IMG/VR virus record: IMGVR_UViG_3300009370_000002
DNA: 64,000 nucleotides
Strand: one strand, 5' to 3'
Source of the DNA: a virus
The notes below the pieces were generated by a model that saw nothing but the letters and a program-made list of their open reading frames with translations, made no database searches and was not told where the DNA came from. Below are positions 17,445-28,400 of the stretch, piece by piece. Both the position numbers and the translations under genes were made by a program. The first letter of the stretch is position 1. Each line of letters opens with the position of its first letter.

Positions 17445-18469
17445 TAGTCACAATCCTCCAAATCCCCTTCCTCAACAGACGAGCCATAAATATTAACAAT
17501 CTCATCATCCATTATATCAGGGCACAATATTTCATCATCCAAAAATATATTTTCAATCTCGTAATCTTGAACTCTGTTGCATATCTCATTGTCATCTATT
17601 TCTCTATCACGAAGTATAGTTAAATAATAACTTAAAAACTCCGGATTCAAAACAGGCCCATCGGGATTATCAGCTTGTAAATCAAAATGATTGTCAAACA
17701 GAATTTCATCTGTTGCCTTGTTATCTACCAAAATATCATTTTTGATAGTAAATTGTTTCGGGGGAAACTTCAGCTTGGTATAAGATATACCAGCAGAAGA
17801 AGAATTCACTTTAAACGCTGTCATGGAGTAATTATCCTTTTCATCAAATCCGCCCTCTTCTGCTATTCTCATGATTGGATTTACAAATTTGATTTGAAAT
17901 CCAGAACCATCATTATATGGTAAATCATCTACCTCATGTGTGTGGCTATCTGTATAAACTGATTCGTAGTTTTTTATATAACTTGAGGAAATATACATGT
18001 TTATAGGGATTTGTGGAATTGGGACACCATCAATATTAACAGAAGAATAGTAAGTCTTAATATCATTTACAACAAATTCGCCACCATAAAGATTAACCTT
18101 AAGTGCTGAATTGCTTTTAAAATCGTAAGTACAAGTCCCAAGACACTCATTATTTGTTGAAATAACATCATCAGATGTTGGTTGTCTTACTTCTTTCTTG
18201 TTTACTGTTGGTTTCTTCATAAATTTTTTAATATTGGTTTCAACTCCTGATATGTTTGAACTCGTCTTTAACTTTGGCGTTTCGTCTTTAATCCTTACAT
18301 GGGTGCTGTTTTGTGCCTCTGATATCCCAAAGGAATTAGAATCATATATCACACCATCATCAAACATTTTGTATGAATGCGGCTTCAATTTCCCTATTGA
18401 TAAAAGATATTTCCCATAGGGAGTTAGCTCTATTTTCATTACTTCTTCTTTTTTGTTAAAGAAAGTCAT
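17444..18469 (-). CDS. Virion structural protein with a tail-collar-like N-terminal motif, 341 aa
   Basis: IELTPYGKYLLSIGKLKPHSYKMFDDGVIYD resembles the N-terminus of 10854-11822. Confidence 0.6.
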   Translation of the reverse strand: MTFFNKKEEVMKIELTPYGKYLLSIGKLKPHSYKMFDDGVIYDSNSFGISEAQNSTHVRIKDETPKLKTSSNISGVETNIKKFMKKPTVNKKEVRQPTSDDVISTNNECLGTCTYDFKSNSALKVNLYGGEFVVNDIKTYYSSVNIDGVPIPQIPINMYISSSYIKNYESVYTDSHTHEVDDLPYNDGSGFQIKFVNPIMRIAEEGGFDEKDNYSMTAFKVNSSSAGISYTKLKFPPKQFTIKNDILVDNKATDEILFDNHFDLQADNPDGPVLNPEFLSYYLTILRDREIDDNEICNRVQDYEIENIFLDDEILCPDIMDDEIVNIYGSSVEEGDLEDCD

Positions 18470-18484
18470 CTAATGCAATCCCCG

Positions 18485-21400
18485 TTATTCATCCTCTCCT
18501 CCAAAGAAACTCTCATATATATTGGTGTCGGGATTGGAACCAACCTCATCGGTGATTGCTTTTCTTGTTAAACCACCTAATAACTTACTTTTTCCCGAAG
18601 GAGAAAGGCTTAAATTAATTCCCGCTCTTGTTTTGGGCATTTCTTCTGGTTTTGTGAGTATGCCTGTGGCTGATTTGTCTATTTGCAGCTTCTCTATATC
18701 CATATCCGAAAACCTCACTTGTGACCTAATTTTAATTAGTTCAACGAAAGAAAAGAAATCGTATGGCCAATTATATGATATGGCTCGGTTTGGCTCGTTT
18801 GCAACTAAAACATTCTCGGGTATCTCTTGCCTAGCGCCTTGCACATTTTTCTTCCAATAATTGGATTCACCCGACTTCAAATACATTTTATTATAATAAT
18901 TGACACTAGCCCTTTGCTTAACCTTAAATAATAACCACTTAACTTTAGGATTATTAATTATATCCGCCTGTGATAATATTTCTTTTTCCTCAGAAATAAG
19001 ATTGCATGCCACGGCTGAACGAAGCACTGAATGGCTTTTGGCAGAAGGCGGCAACAAGCCTTGCCACATATACTGTAGGTCTTCTTTATTAAAACTGTGC
19101 TCGAATTTAAGAATAAACATGGCGAACGGCTTTATACTTTCTGGGTATCTTACAAAGTCCATCTGAGGAGGTATAACAAAATCTCGCATCCTCTCCACCA
19201 TCAACCTCACAGAATCACCAGGGTAATTGCCCTCTCCCTTTAAATTTGGCAACTTCTGGCTCCAATAGACAGAATCTGCTCTTCCGTCGATAATCGCTTT
19301 TGCGGCTTCAATAATTTCCCTAGCTTTGTCTGATTCTTCGGCAATATTGAAAAATTCCTTCCCATCTGATCCCTCTATGAACGGCACAAGAACAATGCCC
19401 TCCTTAACTATCACATTGTCTGCGAGGTTTCCGAGTTTTTGTTTTTCACTGCTGAAGCCCAAAACATCCGCCAGGGATGCCGAAGGTTGATAAGTAGCAG
19501 CACCACCCGGAGCAATTGCCTTTTGCCATGATACGGGAACATCATGAACTTGAAGATAAATGCCTTCATCAAAATTTGGAATTTTGCCAAACTGGTGCCA
19601 CATCCCACGGGGAATAGAAGCAGAGGAGGGATTATTGCAGGATGTGATGGTGGATATGTCTTCGTAATCTTTGAAATTCAATATTGGAGTTTCAAATTTC
19701 GTTTGAATAACCCATCTTGTATTTTCTTGGTTATCAACAACCTCTTGATTAAATTCTCCAACCTTAGCTTGCCCAAAAAGATTAACAGAAGCGTTTATTT
19801 GCATGGCATTATCATTCATTACATCAACCGCTTGCGGGCCTGTTGAAGTGTTGTTGCTGGGTGTCACTGTGTCTTTGGGATACAACTGTTCGCTATCAAA
19901 CCTATAATAATTAACAGTGCTACCAGCTATTATCTCAGCCAATGGAATTTTCCCGTCTCTTGGTGCTTTATAAGTTATATCTGCCCACGCACGTCCATGA
20001 TAATACGGGGGTGTAAATGGATAATTGAGTCCTTTCGAGTGACCAGAATAAATCTTATGGGGACCTGCTGATTTATCCCACTCTATTCCAGTTACAGAGG
20101 GCACGTTTCTACTGCCTATAGAAGTAGCGGCAGGATACTCGAAATGCCCTCCGGTTTCTGGACCAAATGCTGATGGCCTTGAATACATTGTTATTGTTTC
20201 TTTCTGTATTCCGTCTGAAATATCTTGTGGAGGCCTATACGGGAACCCGTTCGCTCCTGTAACAAAGGGTCTTGGAAATTTCATGCTTCGATACATCGAA
20301 ACCCTCATTGCATATGTCGAACCTGATGTCATCGTTCCTATGCCTTGTTGCGGTTGAGATGCTATAGTTGTGAAATTTTTCCCTTGCAAAAAGAAATTTG
20401 GGATTTCTGCCAAAAAATTATGAGCCATTTTTGCATATAAATTGTCTCCTCCACCATCCCAACTAGCAGCGGTAGAACCTGTGATGGCAAATTCCCTCCA
20501 ACTAGCGCTAGTATCAACTTCCATATTTGAAAGAAGAACATCTGCTAAATACTTGTGGGGCTCCACTAATGCTTCAAACGGTATCCTTTCATCAAATAAG
20601 CTTTTTGTATGATAAGTTGGAAGCGTCAGAGACGGGGAATTTGTTTCAACATCATCAGTATAGACAGGATAATCGCATGCAACACCCGCCTTTATAGTGT
20701 TGAATAGCGTACCAGGGGCAAACAGAGGAGCTATTAAAGGTTGCGCTGAAGCGGATACGTTAAATGAAAAACTTCCAAAAGGCCAACCGAGGAGGCGGCT
20801 CCCAGTTGTAAAGCTAATATAATTCGAATAAGAATTGTAAAATTGCTTTGCCAACTCAACAGAACGCTGTACAGGATAAAACCCGTTGTAAGGCAAGAAC
20901 TTAGATATAGCATTACATCTTATAATTAGTTTAGATGGCTCCACAAAGTCTTCGTGATCTTCTAAAATAAAATCAAAACTTTTCATTAAATCAGTTGTAG
21001 AGTAAACATCATAAAAGCGCCCAGTTGTACTATCAGAATAATTTGACAAGCCTCCGGTTATACTGATGAAATTATCAATCGGGGCACTAACTGGTTCCGT
21101 TTGGTAATGTTCAACAAAATTACTAATTCTAAACTCTGATACGATTGAATAATCCTTGCCTATAAGTCTTATATCTTGGGCATAGTCTTCATAAGAATCA
21201 TAAAATGGTTTAGAATTTGCTTGAGATGGGGCATCCCAATTGGCTTCTCCTCCATACCTATGCTGCAAAAATGTCATATCATCGGAGGCAGCAACCCCAA
21301 GAAGCCCCGTTGGAGATGTCACTGATTGTGATTTGTGGGCAACATGTCGCCTAGCATACATTGGACCGGGAGAAATTCTGTTGTTTACAGTTTCTGCTGT

Positions 21401-22486
21401 GAGTCCCGCACCACTTAGATGTTCAGCGGCTTGGACATAGTGATTCCATAAAACCCCAAATGACGAAGTCTTCCCACAGGTTCCTATGCACGATGGATAC
21501 TTCAACCCCATATGATTAACAAGCGGAGTTGAGCGAGTTTGCCAATCTGGGCTTACATCCAATGGCCATACACTGGCTGTTAAGTATGCGCTAGTTGCTT
21601 CTGCCAGAACCGGGTGCTGGTTAGTAACTTGCCTGTTTGTTAATGTATCTCTCCATGAAAATGAAAATGTCGTTCTGCCTCGGGTATACTTCTTAAACGT
21701 GTATATTTCTCTTGGGAATACTGTATCTCGATATGTAAATCCACGAAACACATCTATTGGGCTAGCTACGGCATCCAATCCACCTCCCAAATATGTTGAT
21801 GTAATGCCATCATAATTTATCAATGCTTCATTTACAAATGATGGCTCCATTTCTTCCAACTGGCCCAATAAGCTTTCCCTAATACCCAAAATATTATTCA
21901 TTTCTTGATTCGTGAACTTGTAAATACCGTTATTAAACGACTCTTTTATTCTTATGTCAATTATCTCAAGATTACCATCACCAAACGCATCAGGCTGAAA
22001 AATGCGATACCCCAAGTCCCAAATTAGTGGTCTGTGCCTTGAAACAACCGATGGTTCATCAAGTATTATTTGTTCGCCATATTGTGGCATTTGTTGAGTT
22101 TGTTGATTGTTTTGAGTTATAATCAATGGCACTGGGCGTTTCAAAACTGAAATAGTATTGTTTTGTTTTTGTTTTCTAGTTAGTGGATTGTTGCCTATCA
22201 TTATTGACTTGTACCCTGGGAAGCCTCCTGGGCCATTCCTATGAAGCATCAGGGCAGGAAAATGGGAAGCAGTAGTCGGCAGCTTATGAGAAAATGAAGT
22301 GTTCTTATACTTTATCAACGAAGATACTTGGATTTCTGATGGTGCAGAATAAATCCCTGTATAGCCAGGGCTTGCATATACAGTAGCGCCATCAGAAAGA
22401 TTTTCTGTTATTTCCTCGCCATCCCAGCCTACCGGCTCATAAATGAAAGTGTTTAATCCTACAAAGTCTACATAATAATTCGCCAT
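18485..22486 (-). CDS. Large virion structural (baseplate/tail) protein, ~1333 aa (start revised from 22558)
   Basis: GGAG SD before ATG 22486 (MANYYVDF), immediately after the stop of the LamG protein. Confidence 0.75.
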   Translation of the reverse strand: MANYYVDFVGLNTFIYEPVGWDGEEITENLSDGATVYASPGYTGIYSAPSEIQVSSLIKYKNTSFSHKLPTTASHFPALMLHRNGPGGFPGYKSIMIGNNPLTRKQKQNNTISVLKRPVPLIITQNNQQTQQMPQYGEQIILDEPSVVSRHRPLIWDLGYRIFQPDAFGDGNLEIIDIRIKESFNNGIYKFTNQEMNNILGIRESLLGQLEEMEPSFVNEALINYDGITSTYLGGGLDAVASPIDVFRGFTYRDTVFPREIYTFKKYTRGRTTFSFSWRDTLTNRQVTNQHPVLAEATSAYLTASVWPLDVSPDWQTRSTPLVNHMGLKYPSCIGTCGKTSSFGVLWNHYVQAAEHLSGAGLTAETVNNRISPGPMYARRHVAHKSQSVTSPTGLLGVAASDDMTFLQHRYGGEANWDAPSQANSKPFYDSYEDYAQDIRLIGKDYSIVSEFRISNFVEHYQTEPVSAPIDNFISITGGLSNYSDSTTGRFYDVYSTTDLMKSFDFILEDHEDFVEPSKLIIRCNAISKFLPYNGFYPVQRSVELAKQFYNSYSNYISFTTGSRLLGWPFGSFSFNVSASAQPLIAPLFAPGTLFNTIKAGVACDYPVYTDDVETNSPSLTLPTYHTKSLFDERIPFEALVEPHKYLADVLLSNMEVDTSASWREFAITGSTAASWDGGGDNLYAKMAHNFLAEIPNFFLQGKNFTTIASQPQQGIGTMTSGSTYAMRVSMYRSMKFPRPFVTGANGFPYRPPQDISDGIQKETITMYSRPSAFGPETGGHFEYPAATSIGSRNVPSVTGIEWDKSAGPHKIYSGHSKGLNYPFTPPYYHGRAWADITYKAPRDGKIPLAEIIAGSTVNYYRFDSEQLYPKDTVTPSNNTSTGPQAVDVMNDNAMQINASVNLFGQAKVGEFNQEVVDNQENTRWVIQTKFETPILNFKDYEDISTITSCNNPSSASIPRGMWHQFGKIPNFDEGIYLQVHDVPVSWQKAIAPGGAATYQPSASLADVLGFSSEKQKLGNLADNVIVKEGIVLVPFIEGSDGKEFFNIAEESDKAREIIEAAKAIIDGRADSVYWSQKLPNLKGEGNYPGDSVRLMVERMRDFVIPPQMDFVRYPESIKPFAMFILKFEHSFNKEDLQYMWQGLLPPSAKSHSVLRSAVACNLISEEKEILSQADIINNPKVKWLLFKVKQRASVNYYNKMYLKSGESNYWKKNVQGARQEIPENVLVANEPNRAISYNWPYDFFSFVELIKIRSQVRFSDMDIEKLQIDKSATGILTKPEEMPKTRAGINLSLSPSGKSKLLGGLTRKAITDEVGSNPDTNIYESFFGGEDE

Positions 22487-22487
22487 T

Positions 22488-25400
22488 TTATACTCCAAAA
22501 ATCTCTGAGGCGGACGGAAAGATGATTGCTTCCAGCGTCTCATATGATACATCATCACTTATCGTTACATTTGTCACTGATATTGAGTGGTTGTCTTCCC
22601 CGGACGAATCAAAAAACTGTGATGTGCTATCTTTTTGTTCTCCGTTGTTGGCGCTGTTACTACCAAATCTATAGTGCGCTTTCAGATAAGATGTATAAGA
22701 CACAGTCGGATCTCCATCTCTACCCAAGCCATAAATATCGGAACTGTACGCCTCATGGTTCCAAGCCCATATTGTTACATTATCAATGTCCCCTTGGAAC
22801 CTTCTTGTCCCAGACGCATGATTACCTATATTGCAGTCCTCTGTTCCTATACCATTCCATACTAATGGAATACCACCGGAACCTACGGATGCCCATGTTA
22901 GCTGGGTTCCATTAATCCATATTTTAGGATCATTTGATATCGAAGTGGCTGGGTAAGAAACAAACAAATGAGTCCATTCACCCTCCTCAACCACATTAGA
23001 ATTTGAAGTCCAAATCTTGGATGCGCCAGCCCATCTTGTCACAAAATAAATCTTATTTGTCACTCCCTCTATATACATCCCAACACAGCCACTAGAGGAA
23101 TATCCTCCAAACCAAAATACCACAGAATTCTGGGAGGAATCAGTTTCATTTTTTCTAAACCATGTCGAAAATGCCATTCTATCAGTGCCTGCCTGCCCTA
23201 TAAGTGCATCCCACGTTGCTGCTGTTCCGACATTAATTGCGCTGTCAGCGCTGCCAAAAGAAGCATAATAATCATGTATCGTTTCTTCCAGCAGGCCACT
23301 GGGGGGAGCATATCCTGTTATTCTTTGGTTTGCTCTCCAACTTCCTGAACCACTCACCGCTGCGTTAATCCACCCATATTGAAATTCGCTTCTAGGCAAA
23401 GGAGACACAATATGCGTATTATCATGTCTTGAACCCAGGTACGAAGTCATGCCTGAACCAGTAAAGAAGTATCTCATTGAAGTGTTTCTGTGCTGCTTGT
23501 AGAACGAAGCATCAGCGGCATACGTAGTAGATGAAACAGCGCCATACTTTGAGTCTATACCAAATTTTCCGCAATGCCTTGTTAGGTGAGACTTTAGCCC
23601 TTCACGTTTCCCAAGATGGTCATTCAATCTAATTCTCCCGGCTTCACCACTGGAGTTTCCACGAACTGTCAAATTCCTATACGCCATAGCATTGTGAACA
23701 GAATATTCTCTTGAATAAACATCCAAATAGGCAGCAGATTCCACTTCTGGGCCGCCGGGTGCCGAAAACTTTGAGGTAATTACCACTTCTGATCTGCTAT
23801 TGTCTCCGCTTATCTTTCTTCCAGGCACAGCCAACACAACATCAAAAACTGAGGGTGAGGGAGTGGCTCCACCAGAAAAACCACTAGCACTATAAAAGGT
23901 ATGATTAGACACATGCATATTTGAAGCAGTTAGTCTGTATGACGCATAATTTACATTCTCGTCACTAGATGTTAGATGAAAAACTGCTTCACTAGGAGAA
24001 GTGACGATGTTTATTATTCCAAAAACAGAATGGTCTTTTATGGATTGAGAAAGCCGATTCCAAAATTGTAAGTTTGTTTCGCCAAATGTTCCTGATACTG
24101 GAATATTAGAGCCTGCTGGGGTTGGATCAAGAACATTAACTATTTCGAATTTCGGATCCGCCAAAAAAGAAAAGCTAGAACTAATATGAATTGTATCATC
24201 AAGCGCAGCGCCGGAAAGGTATCCACCCTGTATTGCTTCAGTTGCTGTAATAAAGTTTTGGCAGGCTGGGGTGCTCACTACTAAGGTGGAATTATAATCT
24301 GAACCCCCAACAGCCGCAGTCATATGGAATAAAGCATACTTTTCATTTTGCAAAGTACCAGTAGTTGAGAGTACAGTCGTACTATTTTTAATGTACGTGT
24401 TGGCTGGGGTGACATCGCCATGGGATTCAAGATTATTGCCCCTACCTGAAGAGTCGTTAAGTAGCTTCCCGGCATTATATGGGCCGTCACCACAGGTATA
24501 GTGTGCCTTTATATTTGAACTGCTAATGAAACAATTCATAACGGAACCCATTGTTCCAGAATTCCAGAGTTCAAATCTATCAGCCACGCTCAGGTTTATG
24601 CCTCCCCAGATTGTTATGTCGTCAATGTGCCCGACAAATGGTGATGAACCAGTAGTCCAACCAAGGGAATGAGTTCCAAGTGAGCCGGTGCCACTATTTA
24701 AGAGCCATATTCCCCCATCACTTCTGTTCAATTCTGCATGGGTGTGATAACTGGGAGACCAAGCGGTTCCCCCAATGAAAGTGCTCACCGTTGCTGGTGA
24801 AACGGGCAAATAGCTGCTTGCCGCAGCATTGTCAATATACAAGTATGCAGAACCGGTTCCTTTCAATGCATTTTTATCATGTTGTAAGACAATTTGGCGC
24901 CATCGATTATTAGCTACGCCTGGACTATATAGCTCTGCGAAAGCACCTGGCCACTCCCAGCGAACCATTACTGTTTGAGCAGGATTGGTGTAATTGGTGT
25001 AGTGAGCCTCGTAACGAAGATTTGTTCCCGTTAAATACATTTCCCTAGATAATGCTGACTGGATTGATGCCCCAGATCCACTTCTAAAGGAAAAAATAGT
25101 CCTCTTATCTCTATCGGCTGATTCGTTTTTAAAATTTACCCATGCACTAAACGCAAAGTGTGTGTCATAAATATTGAAGTCAGATATCGAACTAGCAGTT
25201 ATCGCCACAGCAGGACCGCCAAGAGTACCGGTAGCATATATCGCTTCACTGTATGTCGGTGAAGGTACAGTGTAGGTAGTGATGTATTTTCCAGAAAATG
25301 CGGCATTAAGCTTAATTGAGACTGCATTCCAAAAACTGCTAGTATTTGTGGAAACAATGCCAGTGGCAACATAATAATTGTTACCAGCATCAGCAGTTGC

Positions 25401-28400
25401 TGTCGAGCCTGATTCGATAATCAGGTTCTTTGCGCCACCCAGTATTGGACTATTGAACGCAAGATAAGTATCATCCACCTGCCCTCCAAGTCCAAGCTGT
25501 TTTATCCTAAAGCTACCAGAGGCAGACCCAGAATGAGCAGAGCCCGTAACTGTGAACTTTCCGGTGGTTTTCGCACCAGATTTATCGTCTGGTTGCCTGT
25601 TGCTAATGCCATCACCGAGACCTTCACCAATATATCCAAAAACTGGACCTTGAGACTGGGAATGTGGCATTTGCCCAAACAAGGACATCGGGTGGGTAGT
25701 GTGGGGGAGGATATTGCGAATTCTTGGAGTCAAATAATATTCAATACTTGAACTTACTCTAAACAGGACATTGTTTTGTTTTCTCCCAACTGTGGAGTGT
25801 ACTTCATATTTCCTGTTGTAATTTCCGACACGGTTACCAACGGTATCGTGCTTGATATTTTTGATATTCACTGGGCGCTTTGCTTTCTCTTCTCTGAACC
25901 AAGTTGCTTTCTTCTTGGCAATATCTGGATACTTCAGGTACAGAGGGTGAGTCGGATCAGCCGTTGCACCATAATCGGCAGGAACAAAACCAAAAGCGCC
26001 ATCAGTATCTGTGTTATAGTCGTGCTCTCCAAATAACATCATCCATGCCTCGGCTCGTGTGTATCTGTTGTCAAGATTGTTCGGGGGAGCCGTTTGGGTA
26101 TCGTCATCTCGCAATGATGTATTATAGCGAGTCAACGGAATGTGACGAGATTGGTGTCCGCCAACCCAAGTTTCGACAAATGGTCCTTGCATGGGTATTT
26201 CATTAGATATGTCTATCGTGTCTGAATGCAAGTTTGCAACATTGACAGTATTCTTGTAATTGTTGTTAATGGCTTTATTGTACCCCGTTGACACCGATTC
26301 AGACATCAAATTCATTGGAAGGGCTTTAATTCCCTTAATATTATAAGAATAGCTATAATTATCATTAAGGGCGTCCAGAGAATAATACCCATCGGTATAC
26401 TTCAGTGTATAAACTTGACAGTTCCATTTTTCTTTATACGATGGATCCACGACATCAACACAATCGCTTTCTGCTACTAAGCCTTGCCCGGCTCCCAAAC
26501 CAATAGAAAGGATGTTTATTGGGGCGTTAAAGCCACCAATATCTGTTGTTGGGCTATGAGGCTTCACCGTATCCAGAATCAAAATTCTGTTTTTAGCAAC
26601 AGGATAATTCACCCCACCTGCTATGGTGTCTTTTATCTTTGCGTCAAATGTATATACTTTATTCAAAGAACGAATAGCAAAGGTGTTGCCATCATAAACC
26701 TGAGAAGTGGCAATGTCGTACACTTTTGGAGGCTTATTATTATTATTTCTGTGTATATTGTCTCGTAGTGTATCAATTCCTTCCGCTGCAATAGGCGCTG
26801 GGGCTGGTTCTGGTTCGTTGAATTTTCTTCTCATTTTTTGCCAAAGACAATGTTTGTTATTGGGTATAGGAGAATTCGGAGGAGGAGCATGCCCATGCTT
26901 CCAGCTATACCTTAGTTCGGCTGCGCCTTTGGCAGAGGAGATTGGTTCCTTAGCTTGTGGAGCAGTAAACGGCAACCTTTCTACATACTTACTTCTTTCC
27001 AACAAATGACTTTCCACAACATTTTTTATTGAATCGCTGAATCTTGCCGATGCTGGTAAAAGCTGACTTATTCCATACGATACGCTTGCATCAATCCACT
27101 TAAAATATTCAAAATATCTTTCTGGATCAGGATCATTAGGAATCTTATCAAAGAAAATCTGCTTTAAATCATCTATTGATTTATATGAATGACGATATCG
27201 ATTAATAGGGTTACCTATCATATTGCTGAAATCCTGCACTGTTGAAAACAAATTTATCATCTCGTCAGATATGATTCCATAAGGGCTTTTTTCAAAAGAG
27301 AAATAAATATCATTACGATCATTATCTTGAAAGAACGCCTCTTTTTCTTCCGATACTATGTTTACCCCATCAGCAGAATATGCTGATTCTGGTGTTCTTC
27401 TTTTTGCAGAATAAATGCTTATTTTATCAACAACATCATTTGAATCAGCAGTAAAACCATATCCCTTACCATCGTGCATCCTATTTGTTATATTACCCAA
27501 AAAAGAATATCTAGCAGCAGAGTTGACAGAGCCAGACGATTTATCTGAAAAGACAAACTCACCAGACGAGTTACTGCCTGTGACGGTGCCAAAGTCCCAA
27601 TGCAATGCTAATGTTTCTATCTTCGGAACATTTAAGTCAGGCGTTGCGAATAAGCTGTCTGTTCTTTGAGAAAACTCCGTTCCGAAGTTGGTAGAATCAA
27701 ACGCATGCTGCTTGATGTCTTCATCAGGTAAATAACTCTGCCAATATCGCACTTGGGACAACAGAACATCTGAGCGTTCCAGAACAGAACCAGTATAATT
27801 TGTTCTATGAGCGCCGCCATACACTCTTTTTGCGCTAGAAAGTAAGCTTTTGCCTATAGCATTAGAAACACTAGCAGTTACCAAAAATGGCCCATTATCA
27901 ACTATCTCACCAGTAGTGTTGACACCATAAAACTCAACTATATAATTTTTTGATGAATTGGTTGAACCAGTTATCCCAGCATAAGGGTAATCTTCATGCC
28001 TAACCCTAGCTGCCAGAAGCCACTTCTGGTTGTCATATGCCATGCGATACAAAGAAGATGAAACCTTTACTCCAGAACCAGTGAGAACAAACTTGACATG
28101 TTGACTTTCAACTTCATCTCTAACAGTATACATCCTAAGATAATAGTCACTAGTGTGCCACGTATAATCAGAAGCACTTGAAGTCATCGCCCTATGAAAC
28201 CCAGCTACCGATGAAGACAAAAAAGAAGTGTAGAAATACCCGGTTTCTGATTCTTTCAACTTTTTCGGCAAAATAAAGTCAGCCTCCAAAGTCAAAGAAG
28301 AATACTGCTCAGTATCTCCCTCGGAGCCAGTAATGTAGGTTATGCCTCCCGATGAACTTTGAAAAACAGTAGACGACATACTTGAGTCGCTATTGAATTT

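Noticed and set aside
22487-22558. Track start 22558 (long overlap or frameshift fusion of the LamG and 1333-aa proteins)
   Set aside because: A good GGAG SD precedes ATG 22486 immediately after the upstream stop, and I saw no slippery site.
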